Below are positions 9,658 through 20,883 of a stretch of DNA of 64,000 nt, in pieces. Each line of letters opens with the position of its first letter. Position 1 is the first letter of the stretch. The stretch is taken from contig CAVUPH010000018.1 in assembly GCA_963743305.1 (NCBI GenBank), positions 1 to 64,000 of the forward strand, read 5' to 3'. The DNA is from an uncultured delta proteobacterium (GTDB lineage: Bacteria > Desulfobacterota > RBG-13-43-22). Position numbers and translations under genes: made by a program. A model generated the notes under the pieces. That model had not been told where the DNA came from. It did not search any database and worked only from the letters and a program-made list of their open reading frames with translations.

Positions 9658-10263
9658 TTAGGGGGATGGTGGGGCCTGGTCCTTCTTGGGCCCCTGAGGA
9701 TTGAATTCGTTCATAGCCCGTTCAACGCCGTCCCGGAGTATCATTTCCAAGGCCAAGCCGGCCTCCTCCACCAGTTGTTCCATTTCCGCACGCCGGCTCG
9801 CCGGGATTGTTTCCAGCACGTATACTTCCGGCGGTTGATCTCCGGGGGGGCGTCCTACGCCCAGGCGTAGTCGGACAAAAACGTTGGTTTGCAGGTGTTC
9901 GATCAGGGAAAGGACCCCTCGGTGCCCCCCCGCCCCGCCTTTAGCAACGATCCGTAATCGGCCCCAGGCCAAATCCAAATCATCGTGGACCACTACCAAC
10001 CTCTGGGGGCTGCTGTGAAAATAGCGAACCCAATGACCGACCGCCACCCCGCTTAAATTCATATAAGTCTGGGGAAGAAGGAGATGAACTTTATGTCCCT
10101 CAATGTTTCCCTGACCGAAAATACTTTGGAATTTTTTTTGATTTAACGGAATTTGATGGTTCTGGGCCAGGGCTTCAATCACCCTGAAGCCCAGATTGTG
10201 GCGGGTAAATTGGTATTTTCGACCTGGATTCCCTAAACCGGCAATCAGGTACACGGATGCCAC
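9658..10263 (-). CDS. pth: peptidyl-tRNA hydrolase
   Basis: GLGNPG, TRHNLGF, PQTYMNLSG and HDDLD. Confidence 0.96.
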   Translation of the reverse strand: MASVYLIAGLGNPGRKYQFTRHNLGFRVIEALAQNHQIPLNQKKFQSIFGQGNIEGHKVHLLLPQTYMNLSGVAVGHWVRYFHSSPQRLVVVHDDLDLAWGRLRIVAKGGAGGHRGVLSLIEHLQTNVFVRLRLGVGRPPGDQPPEVYVLETIPASRRAEMEQLVEEAGLALEMILRDGVERAMNEFNPQGPKKDQAPPSP

Positions 10264-10268
10264 TACCC

Positions 10269-10916
10269 CTATTCTTCTTTAGGTTTACCCTTTTTGGAAA
10301 CCACTTCCACCTCGGACGCCCCGGCCGTCGCTTCCTCAGCCGCCTTTTCCTCTATTGGCGGAACGACGGTGATTATGGTGGTTTGGGGATCGTTCAAGAC
10401 CTGGATTTCTCCGGGTAATTGAAGATCTCGTACATGGATGGAATCCCCGATATCCAGTCCGCTGATATCCACTTCAATATATTCCGGAATATTTCGGGGC
10501 AGGCAGCGAATCTGCAGATCGCGCCGGGCTTCCTGCAGCATTCCCCCTTTTTCCACGCCCTTCGCCTTTCCCAGAATCCGTAGACCCACTTCCACCTCAA
10601 GTTCCTTGGTCAGGGAAACCTCATAAAAGTCCACATGGAGGAAAGCCCGGCTGACCGGGTCCTTCTGAAGTTCTTTGAGCATGGCCGTTCTTGATTCTTC
10701 CCGTCCCTCCCCTTTTAACTGCACCTGAAAGAAGAGATTCTCGCCGGAATGTTTTTTAAATATCTTTTCCAAGTCCATTTGTCGGACATAAAGGGAAATG
10801 GGCTGGGTTTCAGGACCGTAAAAAACAGCCGGAATTTGTCCCGACCGGCGCAAGGTTCGGGCCGGCCCCTTCCCCGATTGATTTCGGATAAATGCTTCCA
10901 CCTGAATTTGTTCCAT
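10269..10916 (-). CDS. rplY: 50S ribosomal protein L25/Ctc
   Basis: GKGPARTLRRSGQIPAVFYG and HVDF; conserved synteny. Confidence 0.95.
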   Translation of the reverse strand: MEQIQVEAFIRNQSGKGPARTLRRSGQIPAVFYGPETQPISLYVRQMDLEKIFKKHSGENLFFQVQLKGEGREESRTAMLKELQKDPVSRAFLHVDFYEVSLTKELEVEVGLRILGKAKGVEKGGMLQEARRDLQIRCLPRNIPEYIEVDISGLDIGDSIHVRDLQLPGEIQVLNDPQTTIITVVPPIEEKAAEEATAGASEVEVVSKKGKPKEE

Positions 10917-10977
10917 GATAACTCCTCATCTTTTTCCAGGCCCGGGCCTGCAACCTATTATTTTTTATTTTAATTCG

Positions 10978-11919
10978 TTAGATAAACAAAGAACTGACCG
11001 AATCTTCCATATGGATCCGCTTGATGGCTTCCCCTAACAAAGAGGAAACCGATAAGGCCTTAATCTTAGAACATTCTTTCGCCCGGGGGGAAAGGGGAAT
11101 GGTATCGGTTACCACCAATTCATTTAAAGGAGATTTTTCGATTCGCTCCAAGGCCGGTCCGGATAAAACGGCATGGGTGGCGCAGGCTGAGATTCTTTTC
11201 GCCCCCGCTTCGGCCAAGGCCACCGCTGCTTTGGTCAGGGTCCCGGCAGTATCAACCATATCGTCCAACAAAACGGCGTTCATGTCGTTGACCTGCCCGA
11301 CGATATTCATCACTTCGGAGGAATTGGGACGGTCCCTTCTTTTATCGACGATGGCGAAATTGGCATTGAGTCGTTTGGCAAAGGCCCGGGCCCGTTCCGC
11401 CCCGCCCACATCCGGCGATACCAATACAATGTTGTTCAGAAAATGCTCCCGGATGTAATTGATCAGTATCGGGGCGGCGAAAAGATTGTCCACCGGAATG
11501 TTGAAGAAACCCTGAATCTGGCCGGCGTGGAGATCCATGGTCAAAACCCGGCGGGTGCCGGCGACCGTAATCAGGTCGGCCACGAGCTTGGCGCTGATGG
11601 GAACGCGAGGGGCCACCTTGCGGTCCTGCCGGGCATACCCATAATAAGGCATAACCGCCGTGATCCGTCGCGCCGAAGCCCTCCGCAAGGCATCCATGAT
11701 GATCAGCATTTCCATTAAATTGTCGTTGACCGGGGAACAGGTGGACTGCATTACAAAAACATCCTTCCCGCGGACGTTTTCCCCGATCTCCACGAAAATC
11801 TCCCCGTCACTGAATCTTCTGACCTGGACCAAGCCCAGCGGAATGCCCAAATAATCACAGATGCTTTCAGCCAATTGCGGGTTGGAATTGCCGGTAAAAA
11901 ATTTCAACTGATCGTCCAT
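10978..11919 (-). CDS. prs: ribose-phosphate pyrophosphokinase
   Basis: [15 protein letters not shown] and DDMVDTAGT. Confidence 0.97.
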   Translation of the reverse strand: MDDQLKFFTGNSNPQLAESICDYLGIPLGLVQVRRFSDGEIFVEIGENVRGKDVFVMQSTCSPVNDNLMEMLIIMDALRRASARRITAVMPYYGYARQDRKVAPRVPISAKLVADLITVAGTRRVLTMDLHAGQIQGFFNIPVDNLFAAPILINYIREHFLNNIVLVSPDVGGAERARAFAKRLNANFAIVDKRRDRPNSSEVMNIVGQVNDMNAVLLDDMVDTAGTLTKAAVALAEAGAKRISACATHAVLSGPALERIEKSPLNELVVTDTIPLSPRAKECSKIKALSVSSLLGEAIKRIHMEDSVSSLFI

Positions 11920-11980
11920 AGTTTCCTTACATTCCGACTCGATCCAGGGGTATTTAAGTGACGCCATATAAATAAATAGT

Positions 11981-12055
11981 TGGCTGGGGTGGGAGGATTC
12001 GAACCTCCGAATGCGGGTTCCAAAGACCCGTGTCTTACCGCTTGACGACACCCCA
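11981..12055 (-). tRNA. tRNA-Gln (anticodon TTG)
   Basis: TGGGGTG/CACCCCA acceptor stem, CGGGT-CTTTGGA-ACCCG anticodon arm, GGTTCGAATCC T-arm and CCA end; usual ispE-tRNA-Gln-prs position. Confidence 0.95.
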
Positions 12056-12090
12056 ATCGTTTTAAGCCAAACGGACTGTTCGTTAACCCG

Positions 12091-12948
12091 TTAAGGCAAT
12101 CCCGGGGCAATGAAAACATTTCCCCAAGTTCCCCTTCTTAAATGATGAAAGGCCTCAACCGCCGCTCTTTTTTCCCGCCAAAGACCAAAAATCGTTGACC
12201 CGCTTCCGGTCATCAGGGCACCGAGGCTTCCCTGAGCCAATAGGGCTTCTTTGATCCGAGAAAGGTGCGGATAATGGGCCAAGACCGCCTTTTCCAAATC
12301 ATTTTCCAGAAAATCAGACCCTAATTCTATCGGGCCTATTTTTAAACTTTCAATGTTAATATATTGTTTTTTTTCTGTCAACGGAATTTTAACCTCCTGG
12401 TAAACCCATCGGGTAGCCAGCGGAAATCCGGGATATATCAGAACATACCACCAGACCGGAAAATTCGGCAGCGGTTCCAAAATCTCCCCCCGTCCCCGAG
12501 CCAGTGAGGTTTGTCGGGTCAAGAAAAAAGGGATATCGGAACCCAGGTCACCGGCCAACTCAGTCAGACGTCCGGCTGAAACAGGCCCACCCAGGAAATC
12601 GTTTATTCCGGAAAGGATGGCGGCGGCATCACTACTCCCCCCCCCCAGACCGGCGCCCAGAGGAATCCGTTTTTTTAAATAAATACGAAAAGATAAACGT
12701 TTTTTTCCTTCTTCCTCCAGCAGACGCACCGCCTGCCAAATCAAGTTTTTCTTCCCTTCCAGGTCGGGGAAACCAGGGCAGCGAATCTCCAGACCCTTGG
12801 CGATTGGCTCGACCCGGATGAGATCCCAAAGGCCGATCCGCTGCATGATGGTTTCAATTTCATGGAAACCGTCAGCCCGTTTCCCTAACACCTTTAAGCG
12901 GAGGTTGACTTTGGCCGGGGCCTTTAAGTGAAATCCAGGGAGAGACAA
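12091..12948 (-). CDS. ispE: 4-diphosphocytidyl-2C-methyl-D-erythritol kinase
   Basis: APAKVNL, IPLGAGLGGGSSDAA and MTGSGS. Confidence 0.95.
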   Translation of the reverse strand: MSLPGFHLKAPAKVNLRLKVLGKRADGFHEIETIMQRIGLWDLIRVEPIAKGLEIRCPGFPDLEGKKNLIWQAVRLLEEEGKKRLSFRIYLKKRIPLGAGLGGGSSDAAAILSGINDFLGGPVSAGRLTELAGDLGSDIPFFLTRQTSLARGRGEILEPLPNFPVWWYVLIYPGFPLATRWVYQEVKIPLTEKKQYINIESLKIGPIELGSDFLENDLEKAVLAHYPHLSRIKEALLAQGSLGALMTGSGSTIFGLWREKRAAVEAFHHLRRGTWGNVFIAPGLP

Positions 12949-12994
12949 AGGAGTCCCCTTTTAGTCGTTATAATAAAAGGGCGAAGAAGCAATT

Positions 12995-13026
12995 AAAAAG
13001 GGGGGCCGGTCTGCCCCCCTTTTTTT
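12995..13026. terminator. bidirectional Rho-independent terminator
   Basis: A5-GGGGGGC-CGGTCT-GCCCCCC-T7. Confidence 0.8.
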
Positions 13027-13043
13027 AAGACAATTATTTGAAT

Positions 13044-14510
13044 CTACTCGGCAATACGGATACTGACAAAGAGGTTGCTATCCCCTCTTTTTATCCGCAA
13101 CAACAAGGCGGATCCTTTCTTTTGCCCGGCCATCAGATTTTCATAAGACCTTAAGTCTCTGACCGGTTTGCGGTTAATCTCCTTGATTAAATCGCCGGGC
13201 TGGATGCCGGCTTCGTCGGCCGGGCTACCCTCTTTAACCTGGAGGACGACAATCCCGGGCTCATAGTTGAGGCTGTAACGACGGGCCAGTTCTGGAGTGA
13301 ATTCCTTCACCGACAATCCCAGGCCCTCTTTCGCCGGGCTGGGTCCGGCCTCCAAAGCTTTATCCTGCAGTTCCTGGATCTGGGCCTTAAACACCATAGG
13401 TTCCCCGTTGCGCAGAACCTTGACGTCCACAGTTTTGCCCACCGGGATGGCGGCCACCTGGCGCGGCAGTTCGCTCATCTCCTGGATCGCCTTTCCGTTA
13501 AACTCGATAATGATATCACCGGCCTTGATCCCGGCCTTTTCCGCTGGGCTCCCGGAGATCACGTCTCCCACCAGGGCCCCGGATTCTTCCTTCAGGTTAA
13601 ACGCCTTGGCCAGGTCCGGAGTTATCTTCTGAACATTAACGCCCAGCCAGCCTCGAACCACTTTACCCTTTTCTTTCAATTGGGACACCAGGTCCTTGGC
13701 CGTGTTGATCGGGATGGCGAACCCAATGCCCTGACCGCCGGCAAAAATGGCCGTGTTGATCCCCACCACTTCCCCTTTCAGGTTGATCAGCGGCCCGCCG
13801 CTGTTTCCCGGGTTGATGGAGGCATCGGTCTGAATGAAATTATCATAAGGGCCCGCGCCGATCACCCGGCCCTTGGCGCTGACGATCCCGGCGGTAACCG
13901 TATTCTCCAAGCCGAAGGGGTTGCCGATGGCTACCACCCAGTCCCCAACCCGCAGTTCATCCGAATCGCCCAATTTAATGGTGGTAAACCCTTTCCAGGA
14001 CTTGATCTTGATCAGGGCCAGGTCGGTTTTGGCGTCTCGTCCCACGACCTTGGCCTCGTAATCTTTATGATCTTTTAATATGACTTTAATTTCATCGGCA
14101 TCATCGACCACATGATTATTGGTCAGGATGTACCCTTCATTGTCAATGATGAATCCGGAACCGAGGCTCTTTTGCTTGAACTCCCGCTGGGGCATCTCTC
14201 CCCCGAAAAAACGTTCAAAGAATTCATCCATGGGGTTCCGGCGTTCACCCCGGGGCCCCGAAAAGAATTCGTGTACCCGGCCGCCGCCCTTGACCCGCTT
14301 GACGGTGCTGACATTGACCACGGCGGGAGATACTTTCTGGGCTAATTCGGCAAAGGTGGGAACCCCGCCGACGATGGGGATTTCGCTCTTGGCCGACAGG
14401 GGGTTGGTCCAATTGAGATTGGCGGCAATAATCAGTCCGGCGATTACGGACAATACCGAAACCCCGGCTAACGTCCAGATATAACGATGTTTGGCAAATG
14501 GCTTAGCCAT
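13044..14510 (-). CDS. degP: DegP/DegQ (HtrA) serine protease with two PDZ domains
   Basis: TNNHVV, DLAL and INPGNSGGPL catalytic triad motifs. Confidence 0.93.
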   Translation of the reverse strand: MAKPFAKHRYIWTLAGVSVLSVIAGLIIAANLNWTNPLSAKSEIPIVGGVPTFAELAQKVSPAVVNVSTVKRVKGGGRVHEFFSGPRGERRNPMDEFFERFFGGEMPQREFKQKSLGSGFIIDNEGYILTNNHVVDDADEIKVILKDHKDYEAKVVGRDAKTDLALIKIKSWKGFTTIKLGDSDELRVGDWVVAIGNPFGLENTVTAGIVSAKGRVIGAGPYDNFIQTDASINPGNSGGPLINLKGEVVGINTAIFAGGQGIGFAIPINTAKDLVSQLKEKGKVVRGWLGVNVQKITPDLAKAFNLKEESGALVGDVISGSPAEKAGIKAGDIIIEFNGKAIQEMSELPRQVAAIPVGKTVDVKVLRNGEPMVFKAQIQELQDKALEAGPSPAKEGLGLSVKEFTPELARRYSLNYEPGIVVLQVKEGSPADEAGIQPGDLIKEINRKPVRDLRSYENLMAGQKKGSALLLRIKRGDSNLFVSIRIAE

Positions 14511-14545
14511 ATGTTGTTTCCTCCTAGGGTACAATTATATTCTAA

Positions 14546-14935
14546 TTAAGAAGCCCGGATAAAGCACATGCGCAAGTCGTACAACATGCTTTCCAGAAGC
14601 TTCTGTTCCTCTTCGGTGAGATTCCCTTTAGATTTTTCCTGAAGCATGGCCAGAGTATCGATGGCGTGCTTGGCCAGGGGCAAATTCTTCTGGCGCTCTC
14701 CAGTTCCCGGATGGGCGATTTCTCCCAAGTGGAAGAGGACCTCCGTGCTGAGGGAAATGATAAAAGTGGAAAAATTGACTTCCGGTAAAGGGGGATAAGC
14801 CTGATCATCTGTTTTTTCTTCCTGGGTCTGGACAGGTTCTTCCCGGAGTTTTTCTTCCTTAACAGGTTCCTCGTCTTCCTGGGAGAGTTTTCTTCGATCC
14901 TTAAAAACGAACCCCTTGTCCTCTGATTCCGCCAT
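14546..14935 (-). CDS. DUF1844-type protein
   Basis: PEVNFSTFIISL, AKHAIDTL and KSKGNLTEEE. Confidence 0.8.
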   Translation of the reverse strand: MAESEDKGFVFKDRRKLSQEDEEPVKEEKLREEPVQTQEEKTDDQAYPPLPEVNFSTFIISLSTEVLFHLGEIAHPGTGERQKNLPLAKHAIDTLAMLQEKSKGNLTEEEQKLLESMLYDLRMCFIRAS

Positions 14936-15104
14936 AGTCCTTATTGCCTCCTTTAGTCGGATTTCCATTTATTTGGACTAATGTTAACCATTTCCCGTCA
15001 TAAAATCAATGCCCTGAAATAATTGACACCATGGAAGGGTTCAGGTTAAAATGGATTTAAGATCTTAACCCTTTAACATTTAAATAGAAATAGTCGACAA
15101 AAAA

Positions 15105-15326
15105 ATGGGCCCTCTCGCCGGCATAGGAAAGCTACTGATTCTGATGGGGATTATTCTGATCGTCTTCGGCGGGATTCTTGTTTTTCTCCCTAAAATTCCT
15201 TGGTTGGGGAAATTGCCCGGTGATTTATTCTTTAAAGGCGAAAAGATCAGTTTCTATTTTCCTTTAACCACCTCTATCCTCATCAGCCTGCTTTTAACCC
15301 TGCTATTGGCCCTCTTTCGTCGTTGA
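15105..15326 (+). CDS. DUF2905-type small membrane protein
   Basis: WLGKLPGD and FYFPLTTSILIS. Confidence 0.8.
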   Translation: MGPLAGIGKLLILMGIILIVFGGILVFLPKIPWLGKLPGDLFFKGEKISFYFPLTTSILISLLLTLLLALFRR

Positions 15327-15334
15327 ACTTCCTT

Positions 15335-15838
15335 TTAATTTGATTTTTTGGGGGGAAATTGCCCATAGCGTTCCACGATACGGCGGATAATCTCCGTGGT
15401 GGAGATGCCGCCCAACAGCGCCACCCGGAAAACCCGACCCCCGTAAGAGCGGACCAACCCAGCCCCGATAATATCGTTCTCCGCCCAATCCGCCCCTTTA
15501 ACCAGGACATCGGGTTTAATGGCCTCAATCAAGAACAAAGGGTCCGGTTCCTCAAAAAAAACCACATAGGAAACGCAACTCAAGGCGGCCAGCACCTCGG
15601 CCCGCTGCTCTTCGGGAATGAGAGGCCGATGGGGATCTTTAATCCGGTTAACCGATCGGTCGGTATTCAGACCCACGATCAGGCAATCTCCCTGGGCACG
15701 GGCCTCGGTCAGGTAGCGGACATGGCCGGCATGGAGCAAATCGAAGCAACCGTTGGTAAACACGATTTTTTTCTCTTGGACTTTCAGGGTTTCAACCAGG
15801 GCGGTTATTTCGGAACGGGGAATAATTTTTGAGTTCAT
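15335..15838 (-). CDS. rfaE2: D-glycero-beta-D-manno-heptose 1-phosphate adenylyltransferase
   Basis: VFTNGCFDLLHAGH, LVKGADW and ISTT. Confidence 0.9.
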   Translation of the reverse strand: MNSKIIPRSEITALVETLKVQEKKIVFTNGCFDLLHAGHVRYLTEARAQGDCLIVGLNTDRSVNRIKDPHRPLIPEEQRAEVLAALSCVSYVVFFEEPDPLFLIEAIKPDVLVKGADWAENDIIGAGLVRSYGGRVFRVALLGGISTTEIIRRIVERYGQFPPKKSN

Positions 15839-16593
15839 TGGGCCACTACCCGGGCCAGGGTATAGACCGACACCTGACCCGCCCCGGCTTTCTTAAGCAC
15901 CCGGGCACACTCGTTGACAGTGGCCCCAGTGGTAAAAACATCGTCCACTAATAAAATATTTTTCCCCCGGACACCATCCGGGGCCTTGAGCTCAAAGGCC
16001 CCACGGACATTTTGATGTCGCTCAGCAGGATTCAACCGGACTTGCGGCGGCGTATGGCGGACCCGTTTCAGGATCCCAGGTTTAATTTTCCCCGGGGGAA
16101 TATCCTCCAGGGCCTTGCTTAGAAGCAAGGCCTGGTTAAAGCCCCTTTCCCGGAGCCTTTTCGGATGCAAGGGGACCGGGATGAGGTAATCAAAGTCCGG
16201 TTTTTCCCATTTCAGCCGGTTGCCCAACCAACCCAGAACTTCAGTTAACAGGTATTCCTTCCGATATTTGAAGCGATGGATCGCCCCGGTGACCTGACCC
16301 TGATAAACGACCACGGCCCGGGCCTGGTCGTAAAAAGGCGGCCGTCGAAGACAATCCTCGCACAGATGACTGCTGCCTCCGGCGGGATAAGGCAGTCCGC
16401 AACCAGGGCATTGGGGGGCTTCAATCCAGCGGAGCTCCCGCTCACAATCCGGGCAGAGAAAAGCCCGGCGCTGAACGGCCACCGGGGATCGGCAAAAGGA
16501 ACAACGGGGGGGATAAATCAGGGCAATAAATCCATTCCACCAAGGAGAATTTACCTCAAATGCTCGATCAGGGCCTGCCCAAAACCGGAACAT
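15835..16593 (-). CDS. ComF-family protein (double zinc ribbon plus PRTase); start uncertain
   Basis: Four CxxC pairs, RGFNQ and [12 protein letters not shown]. Confidence 0.88.
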   Translation of the reverse strand: MFRFWAGPDRAFEVNSPWWNGFIALIYPPRCSFCRSPVAVQRRAFLCPDCERELRWIEAPQCPGCGLPYPAGGSSHLCEDCLRRPPFYDQARAVVVYQGQVTGAIHRFKYRKEYLLTEVLGWLGNRLKWEKPDFDYLIPVPLHPKRLRERGFNQALLLSKALEDIPPGKIKPGILKRVRHTPPQVRLNPAERHQNVRGAFELKAPDGVRGKNILLVDDVFTTGATVNECARVLKKAGAGQVSVYTLARVVAQ

Positions 16594-17727
16594 GAAACCT
16601 CCCGGGCCCCGGTCATCTGTCGGGCCAGGTCGTAGGTGACGATCCCTTCGGAAATAGTCTTCTGCAAGCCGTTATAAATCAATTCGGCAGCCTCTACCCA
16701 GCCTAGGTGTTCGAGTAATAAGGCCCCGGAGAGGATCAGAGAACCCGGATTGACTTTATTCTGCCCGGCATACTGGGGAGCTGACCCATGAGTGGCCTCG
16801 AAGATGGCGCAGGTATCCCCGATGTTGGCCCCCGGGGCCATGCCCAGTCCCGCCCACCTGAGCCGCCAAGGCATCGGAAAGGTAGTCTCCGTTCAGGTTC
16901 GGGGTGGCGATCACCGAATACTCTTCGGGTCGCAGGAGGACCTGCTGGAACATCATATCGGCGATTCGATCCTTAATGATCAGCTTGCCTCCCCCTTCCG
17001 CCTGATCCTGACCCAGCAGCCATTCGGCTTCGGTAATGGTTTCCGAGGGAAATTCTTCCTTGGCCACTTCGTAGCCCCACTGGCAAAAGGCCCCCTCCGT
17101 AAACTTCATAATGTTCCCCTTGTGGACCAGGGTCACGCTGGTTTTTTTTCGGCTCAAAGCATACTGAATGGCTCGACGCACCAAGCGTCGGGTCCCGCTG
17201 CGGCTGATGGGTTTGATGCCGATTCCGGTATCAATCCCCAATTTTCTCCCGGTTTTTTCCTTGATCCACTGTATTAACTCCCAGGTTTCAGGGGCCTCGG
17301 CCGGCCACTCGAGGCCGGCATAAACATCTTCGGTATTTTCGCGGAAAACAACCATATCCACTAGATCCGGTCGCTTCATGGGGCTGGGAACTCCCTGGAA
17401 GTAGCGCACCGGGCGCAGGCAGACATAGAGGTCCAGTTCCTGACGCAACTGAACGTTAAGACTGCGGAGCCCTTTACCGACCGGGGTGGTCAAGGGGCCT
17501 TTGAGGGCGATTCCATAGCGACGGATAGCCTGCAGGGTTTCCGACGGAAGCCATTGCCCGGTTTGGGCAAAGGCCTTTTCCCCGGCCAGGACCTCCTGCC
17601 AGTCGATAGCCTTTTCGCCCCCGTAGGCCTTCCGGATAGCGGCCTCCAGCACCGGCCGGGTAGCCTTCCAGATATCCGCGCCGGTGCCGTCACCCTCTAT
17701 AAATGGGACTGTAATCGTCGTGGACAT
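16551..17727 (-). CDS. icd: NADP-isocitrate dehydrogenase, one frameshift near 16850 (likely sequence error)
   Basis: [23 protein letters not shown] and NLNGDYLSD, then FEATHGSAP in the adjacent frame. Confidence 0.9.
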
Positions 17728-17743
17728 AGCCAATTTCATTCGT

Positions 17744-17802
17744 AAATTCGAAATTCGAAGCATGAAATCGAAACAACAACAATATCCAAAATTCAATGAC
17801 CG
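17744..17802 (+). repeat. degenerate heptamer-repeat element (AAATTCG/AAGCATG type)
   Basis: AAATTCG AAATTCG AAGCATG AAAT-CG AAACAA...; similar to the copies at 22442, 34418 and 60903. Confidence 0.65.
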
Positions 17803-17855
17803 AACTGCGCAATCGTTCGAGTTCGAACGCCGTTTCAGAAAAAGTTAAGTATCAA

Positions 17856-19049
17856 TTAGGATACCTTAAGTACCAGGGCCGCCCCGGTGTCCCCGGCGGC
17901 GCAACCGGCGAAAAGCCCATAGCCACCGCCGATTTTGACCAGTTCTTCGATCAATTCAACGGTGCAGCGGGCCCCGGTAGGCCCCTGGGGATGTCCGAAA
18001 ATCAGTGAACTCCCGTAATTGTTAAAGATTTCCCCTGGGATTTTCATCAGCCGGGCCATGATGATATCGTTGACCGAGAAAGGGTTGTGGGTTTTGACCG
18101 CTGCTAAATCTTTAACCTGGATACCCGCATTTTTCAGGGCCATCTCCGAAGCCGGGGTCACGGCGGCCGCCATGTGGGCTTTCTCGGCCCGGTTATAGCC
18201 GTAGCTCAAAACCTGGATGGTGATGTTTTTATCCTGACTTAAATCCCTGGCCTTTTCTTGGGAGGTCAGGATCAGGCCGGCATTGCCATCAGCCGGGTGG
18301 GTTTGGGCGCCGAAGGAAATACAGCCTCCGGGGATGACCGGTTTCAGGGGGGCCAGTCCTTCGGCGGTATTGGGGGTGATGCCCTCGTCCGCTTCCACCA
18401 GGATCGACTTTTTCTTGGAGATTTTTATTTCCACCGGGATCATATAGCCCTTCTGGAATTCCCGGTCATTGGCCATACCCATGAGGTATTTCTCATAGAG
18501 CCGGACAGCCAAGGCATCCGATTCTTCCTTGGTCACCCCGCCGTATTTTAGACCGACGTTCTCGGCCGTTTGCACCATGGCTACCCCGCCGTAAGGGTCT
18601 TTGTTAAAATTATCCATCATCCAGTTTTCACTGATCACTTCTCCGCCCGGGCCGTTGGGGTTGGGCCAGACCGTGTGGGGACCGTTGGAGCAGCGGTCGG
18701 TAGTCGCCACTAAAACATTCTGATACATCCCGGTTTCCAGGCCGGCGGCCGCCGTGTAAATGGACGTGGCGCTGGTGGCGCAAGCCTGGCTGATGGTCGG
18801 TCCGCTGATCTGATCATTGCCCATGAGGGCGCAAAACCAGGGGTTGGCGTAAAACCAGGCCCGCTGGCCGATAGTTATGCCCAGAATACAGCCGTCAAAC
18901 ATTTCGGGAGAATAGCCCCTTATTTCAAGGAATTTTTTGGCCGTGGCCGCGGCTAATTCAATGGAATTGATATTTTGAAAGGACATCTGCCAGCGGGAAA
19001 AGGGCGAAGACCAGTACCCCTTATGGGGGATGAAAGATTTCTGAAACAT
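17856..19049 (-). CDS. thiolase-family protein (atypical HNPF motif)
   Basis: QACATS, KTHNPF, GHPQGPTG and CAAGDTG. Confidence 0.85.
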   Translation of the reverse strand: MFQKSFIPHKGYWSSPFSRWQMSFQNINSIELAAATAKKFLEIRGYSPEMFDGCILGITIGQRAWFYANPWFCALMGNDQISGPTISQACATSATSIYTAAAGLETGMYQNVLVATTDRCSNGPHTVWPNPNGPGGEVISENWMMDNFNKDPYGGVAMVQTAENVGLKYGGVTKEESDALAVRLYEKYLMGMANDREFQKGYMIPVEIKISKKKSILVEADEGITPNTAEGLAPLKPVIPGGCISFGAQTHPADGNAGLILTSQEKARDLSQDKNITIQVLSYGYNRAEKAHMAAAVTPASEMALKNAGIQVKDLAAVKTHNPFSVNDIIMARLMKIPGEIFNNYGSSLIFGHPQGPTGARCTVELIEELVKIGGGYGLFAGCAAGDTGAALVLKVS

Positions 19050-19156
19050 GTCTGAGCCTCCTTGGTTTTCGTGAACGGTCCCGATATTCCTTCGATGGCC
19101 GAGCACCGAAAACTGATTGAAATAGTTTAGATATACGCTGAAATATGCGTTCCAGG

Positions 19157-19185
19157 AGTATAAGAAAGTGCCGCCGAAGTGTCAA
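19157..19185 (-). promoter_or_regulatory. near-consensus sigma70 promoter of the thiolase gene
   Basis: TTGACA-17 nt-TATACT on the minus strand. Confidence 0.75.
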
Positions 19186-19307
19186 GGGAAAAGGAAGTCC
19201 GGGGGGCCTAAAATCCTTGGCCCTTCCGCCTGACCCGGTCGGGCAAATTACAAAATTGTTGTTTTCTGAGGTAACCTGTGGTAGATCTTTGACGAGAGGA
19301 AAAGAAG

Positions 19308-20876
19308 ATGAAAAACATTTTTCCCCCCCTTAAAGATCTGGAAAACTCCCATTATGTCCGGGAAATCTATTGTCTCTATGAGATCGCTAAAACCCTGAAT
19401 GCCACCCTGGATCTGACCAAATCCCTCCAGGAGACCTTGAGTATTTTATCCAAGTTTCTGGGAATGAGCCGGGCTACGGTCAGTGTGTTGAACCCCCTCT
19501 CTTCCGAAATATCCATTGAAATAGCCCACGATCTATCCCCTGAAGCCAGGCGCCGGGGCAAGTACCGTTTAGGGGAAGGCATCACCGGCCGGGTGGTTCA
19601 AACCGGCGAACCGGCCATCATCCCCCGCATCAGCCAGGAACCCCTCTTCCTGAACAAGACCCGTTCCCGGAAGAACCTGGAAAAACAGGACATTTCTTTT
19701 ATCTGCGTCCCTATCAAAATCGGCAAAAAAACCATCGGGGCCTTGAGCGTCGACCGATTGTTCGATAACGACATCTCTTTGGATGAGGATTTACGCTTCC
19801 TGACCATTATCGGGGCCCTGATCGCCGAGACGGTCAACAAACTCCAGCACTTGAACCGGGAAAAAGAAAAACTCATTGATGAGAACCTCCGCCTGCGGAA
19901 GGAACTAACCGAGCGATATCAGATAGACCATATTATCGGCAACAGTCGCCCCATGCGGGAAGTATATGAGATGATCCACAAGGTGGCCCAGAGCAACGCC
20001 ACCGTCCACCTGCGCGGCGAAAGCGGCACCGGCAAGGAACTGGTGGCCAATGCCATCCACTACCAAAGCCTCCGAGCCCATAAACCCTTCATTAAGATCA
20101 ATTGCGCTGCTCTGCCGGAGACCCTCTTGGAGAGTGAACTCTTCGGGTACGAAAAAGGCGCCTTCACCGGGGCCACGGCCTTGAAATTGGGCCGCTTTGA
20201 ACGGGCCCAGGGTGGGACCCTGTTTTTAGATGAAATCGGAGACCTGAACCCCAATATCCAGACCAAACTCTTGAGAGTTATCCAGGAAAAAGAAATCGAT
20301 CGTCTGGGCGGCCGCCAGCCGATACCGGTTGATGTCCGGATTATCGCCGCTACTCACCAGAATTTGGAAAAGGCCCTGGAAGAGAAACGTTTTCGGGAAG
20401 ACCTCTATTACCGGCTAAACGTCTTTCCCATCTATCTGCCCCCCTTGAGGGAACGACGAACCGACATTCTGCTGCTGGCTGAATTTTTCCTGGAGAAATA
20501 CACCCAGGAACACCATAAGAACATCCGACGGATTTCGACTCCGGCCATCGACCTCCTGATGCAATATCACTGGCCGGGAAACGTCCGGGAACTTCAGAAC
20601 TGCATGGAGCGGGCCGTGCTGATCTGCGAGGAGGAAGCGATCAAAAGCCACCACCTTCCGGCGACCCTGCAAACGGCGGAAAGTTCCAACACCCAGGGCA
20701 GGCTTTCCTTCACCCCGGCGGTGGAGGCCTTTGAAAAGGAAATGATCATCGAGGCCCTGAAGAAAAGCAACGGGATCAGCTCTCGAGCCGCCCAGGAACT
20801 GGGCCTGACCCAACGAATCATGAACTATAAAATTGATAAATTCGGGATTGAACCCCGAAGGTTTAAGGTCAAGTGA
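19308..20876 (+). CDS. GAF-AAA+-HTH sigma54-dependent activator (NifA-like architecture)
   Basis: [31 protein letters not shown] and a C-terminal Fis-type HTH. Confidence 0.92.
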   Translation: MKNIFPPLKDLENSHYVREIYCLYEIAKTLNATLDLTKSLQETLSILSKFLGMSRATVSVLNPLSSEISIEIAHDLSPEARRRGKYRLGEGITGRVVQTGEPAIIPRISQEPLFLNKTRSRKNLEKQDISFICVPIKIGKKTIGALSVDRLFDNDISLDEDLRFLTIIGALIAETVNKLQHLNREKEKLIDENLRLRKELTERYQIDHIIGNSRPMREVYEMIHKVAQSNATVHLRGESGTGKELVANAIHYQSLRAHKPFIKINCAALPETLLESELFGYEKGAFTGATALKLGRFERAQGGTLFLDEIGDLNPNIQTKLLRVIQEKEIDRLGGRQPIPVDVRIIAATHQNLEKALEEKRFREDLYYRLNVFPIYLPPLRERRTDILLLAEFFLEKYTQEHHKNIRRISTPAIDLLMQYHWPGNVRELQNCMERAVLICEEEAIKSHHLPATLQTAESSNTQGRLSFTPAVEAFEKEMIIEALKKSNGISSRAAQELGLTQRIMNYKIDKFGIEPRRFKVK

Positions 20877-20883
20877 AGGGTTA

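Noticed and set aside
11920-12051. N-terminal extension of prs in the ORF track
   Set aside because: It overlaps tRNA-Gln; the likely start is ATG 11919.
16840-16860. Programmed frameshift in icd
   Set aside because: No slippery heptamer or stimulatory structure is evident, and a single extra base fits the window-wide indel pattern.
19308-20876. Calling the activator nifA (nitrogen fixation)
   Set aside because: No nif genes are in the window, and the GAF-AAA-HTH architecture is widespread.
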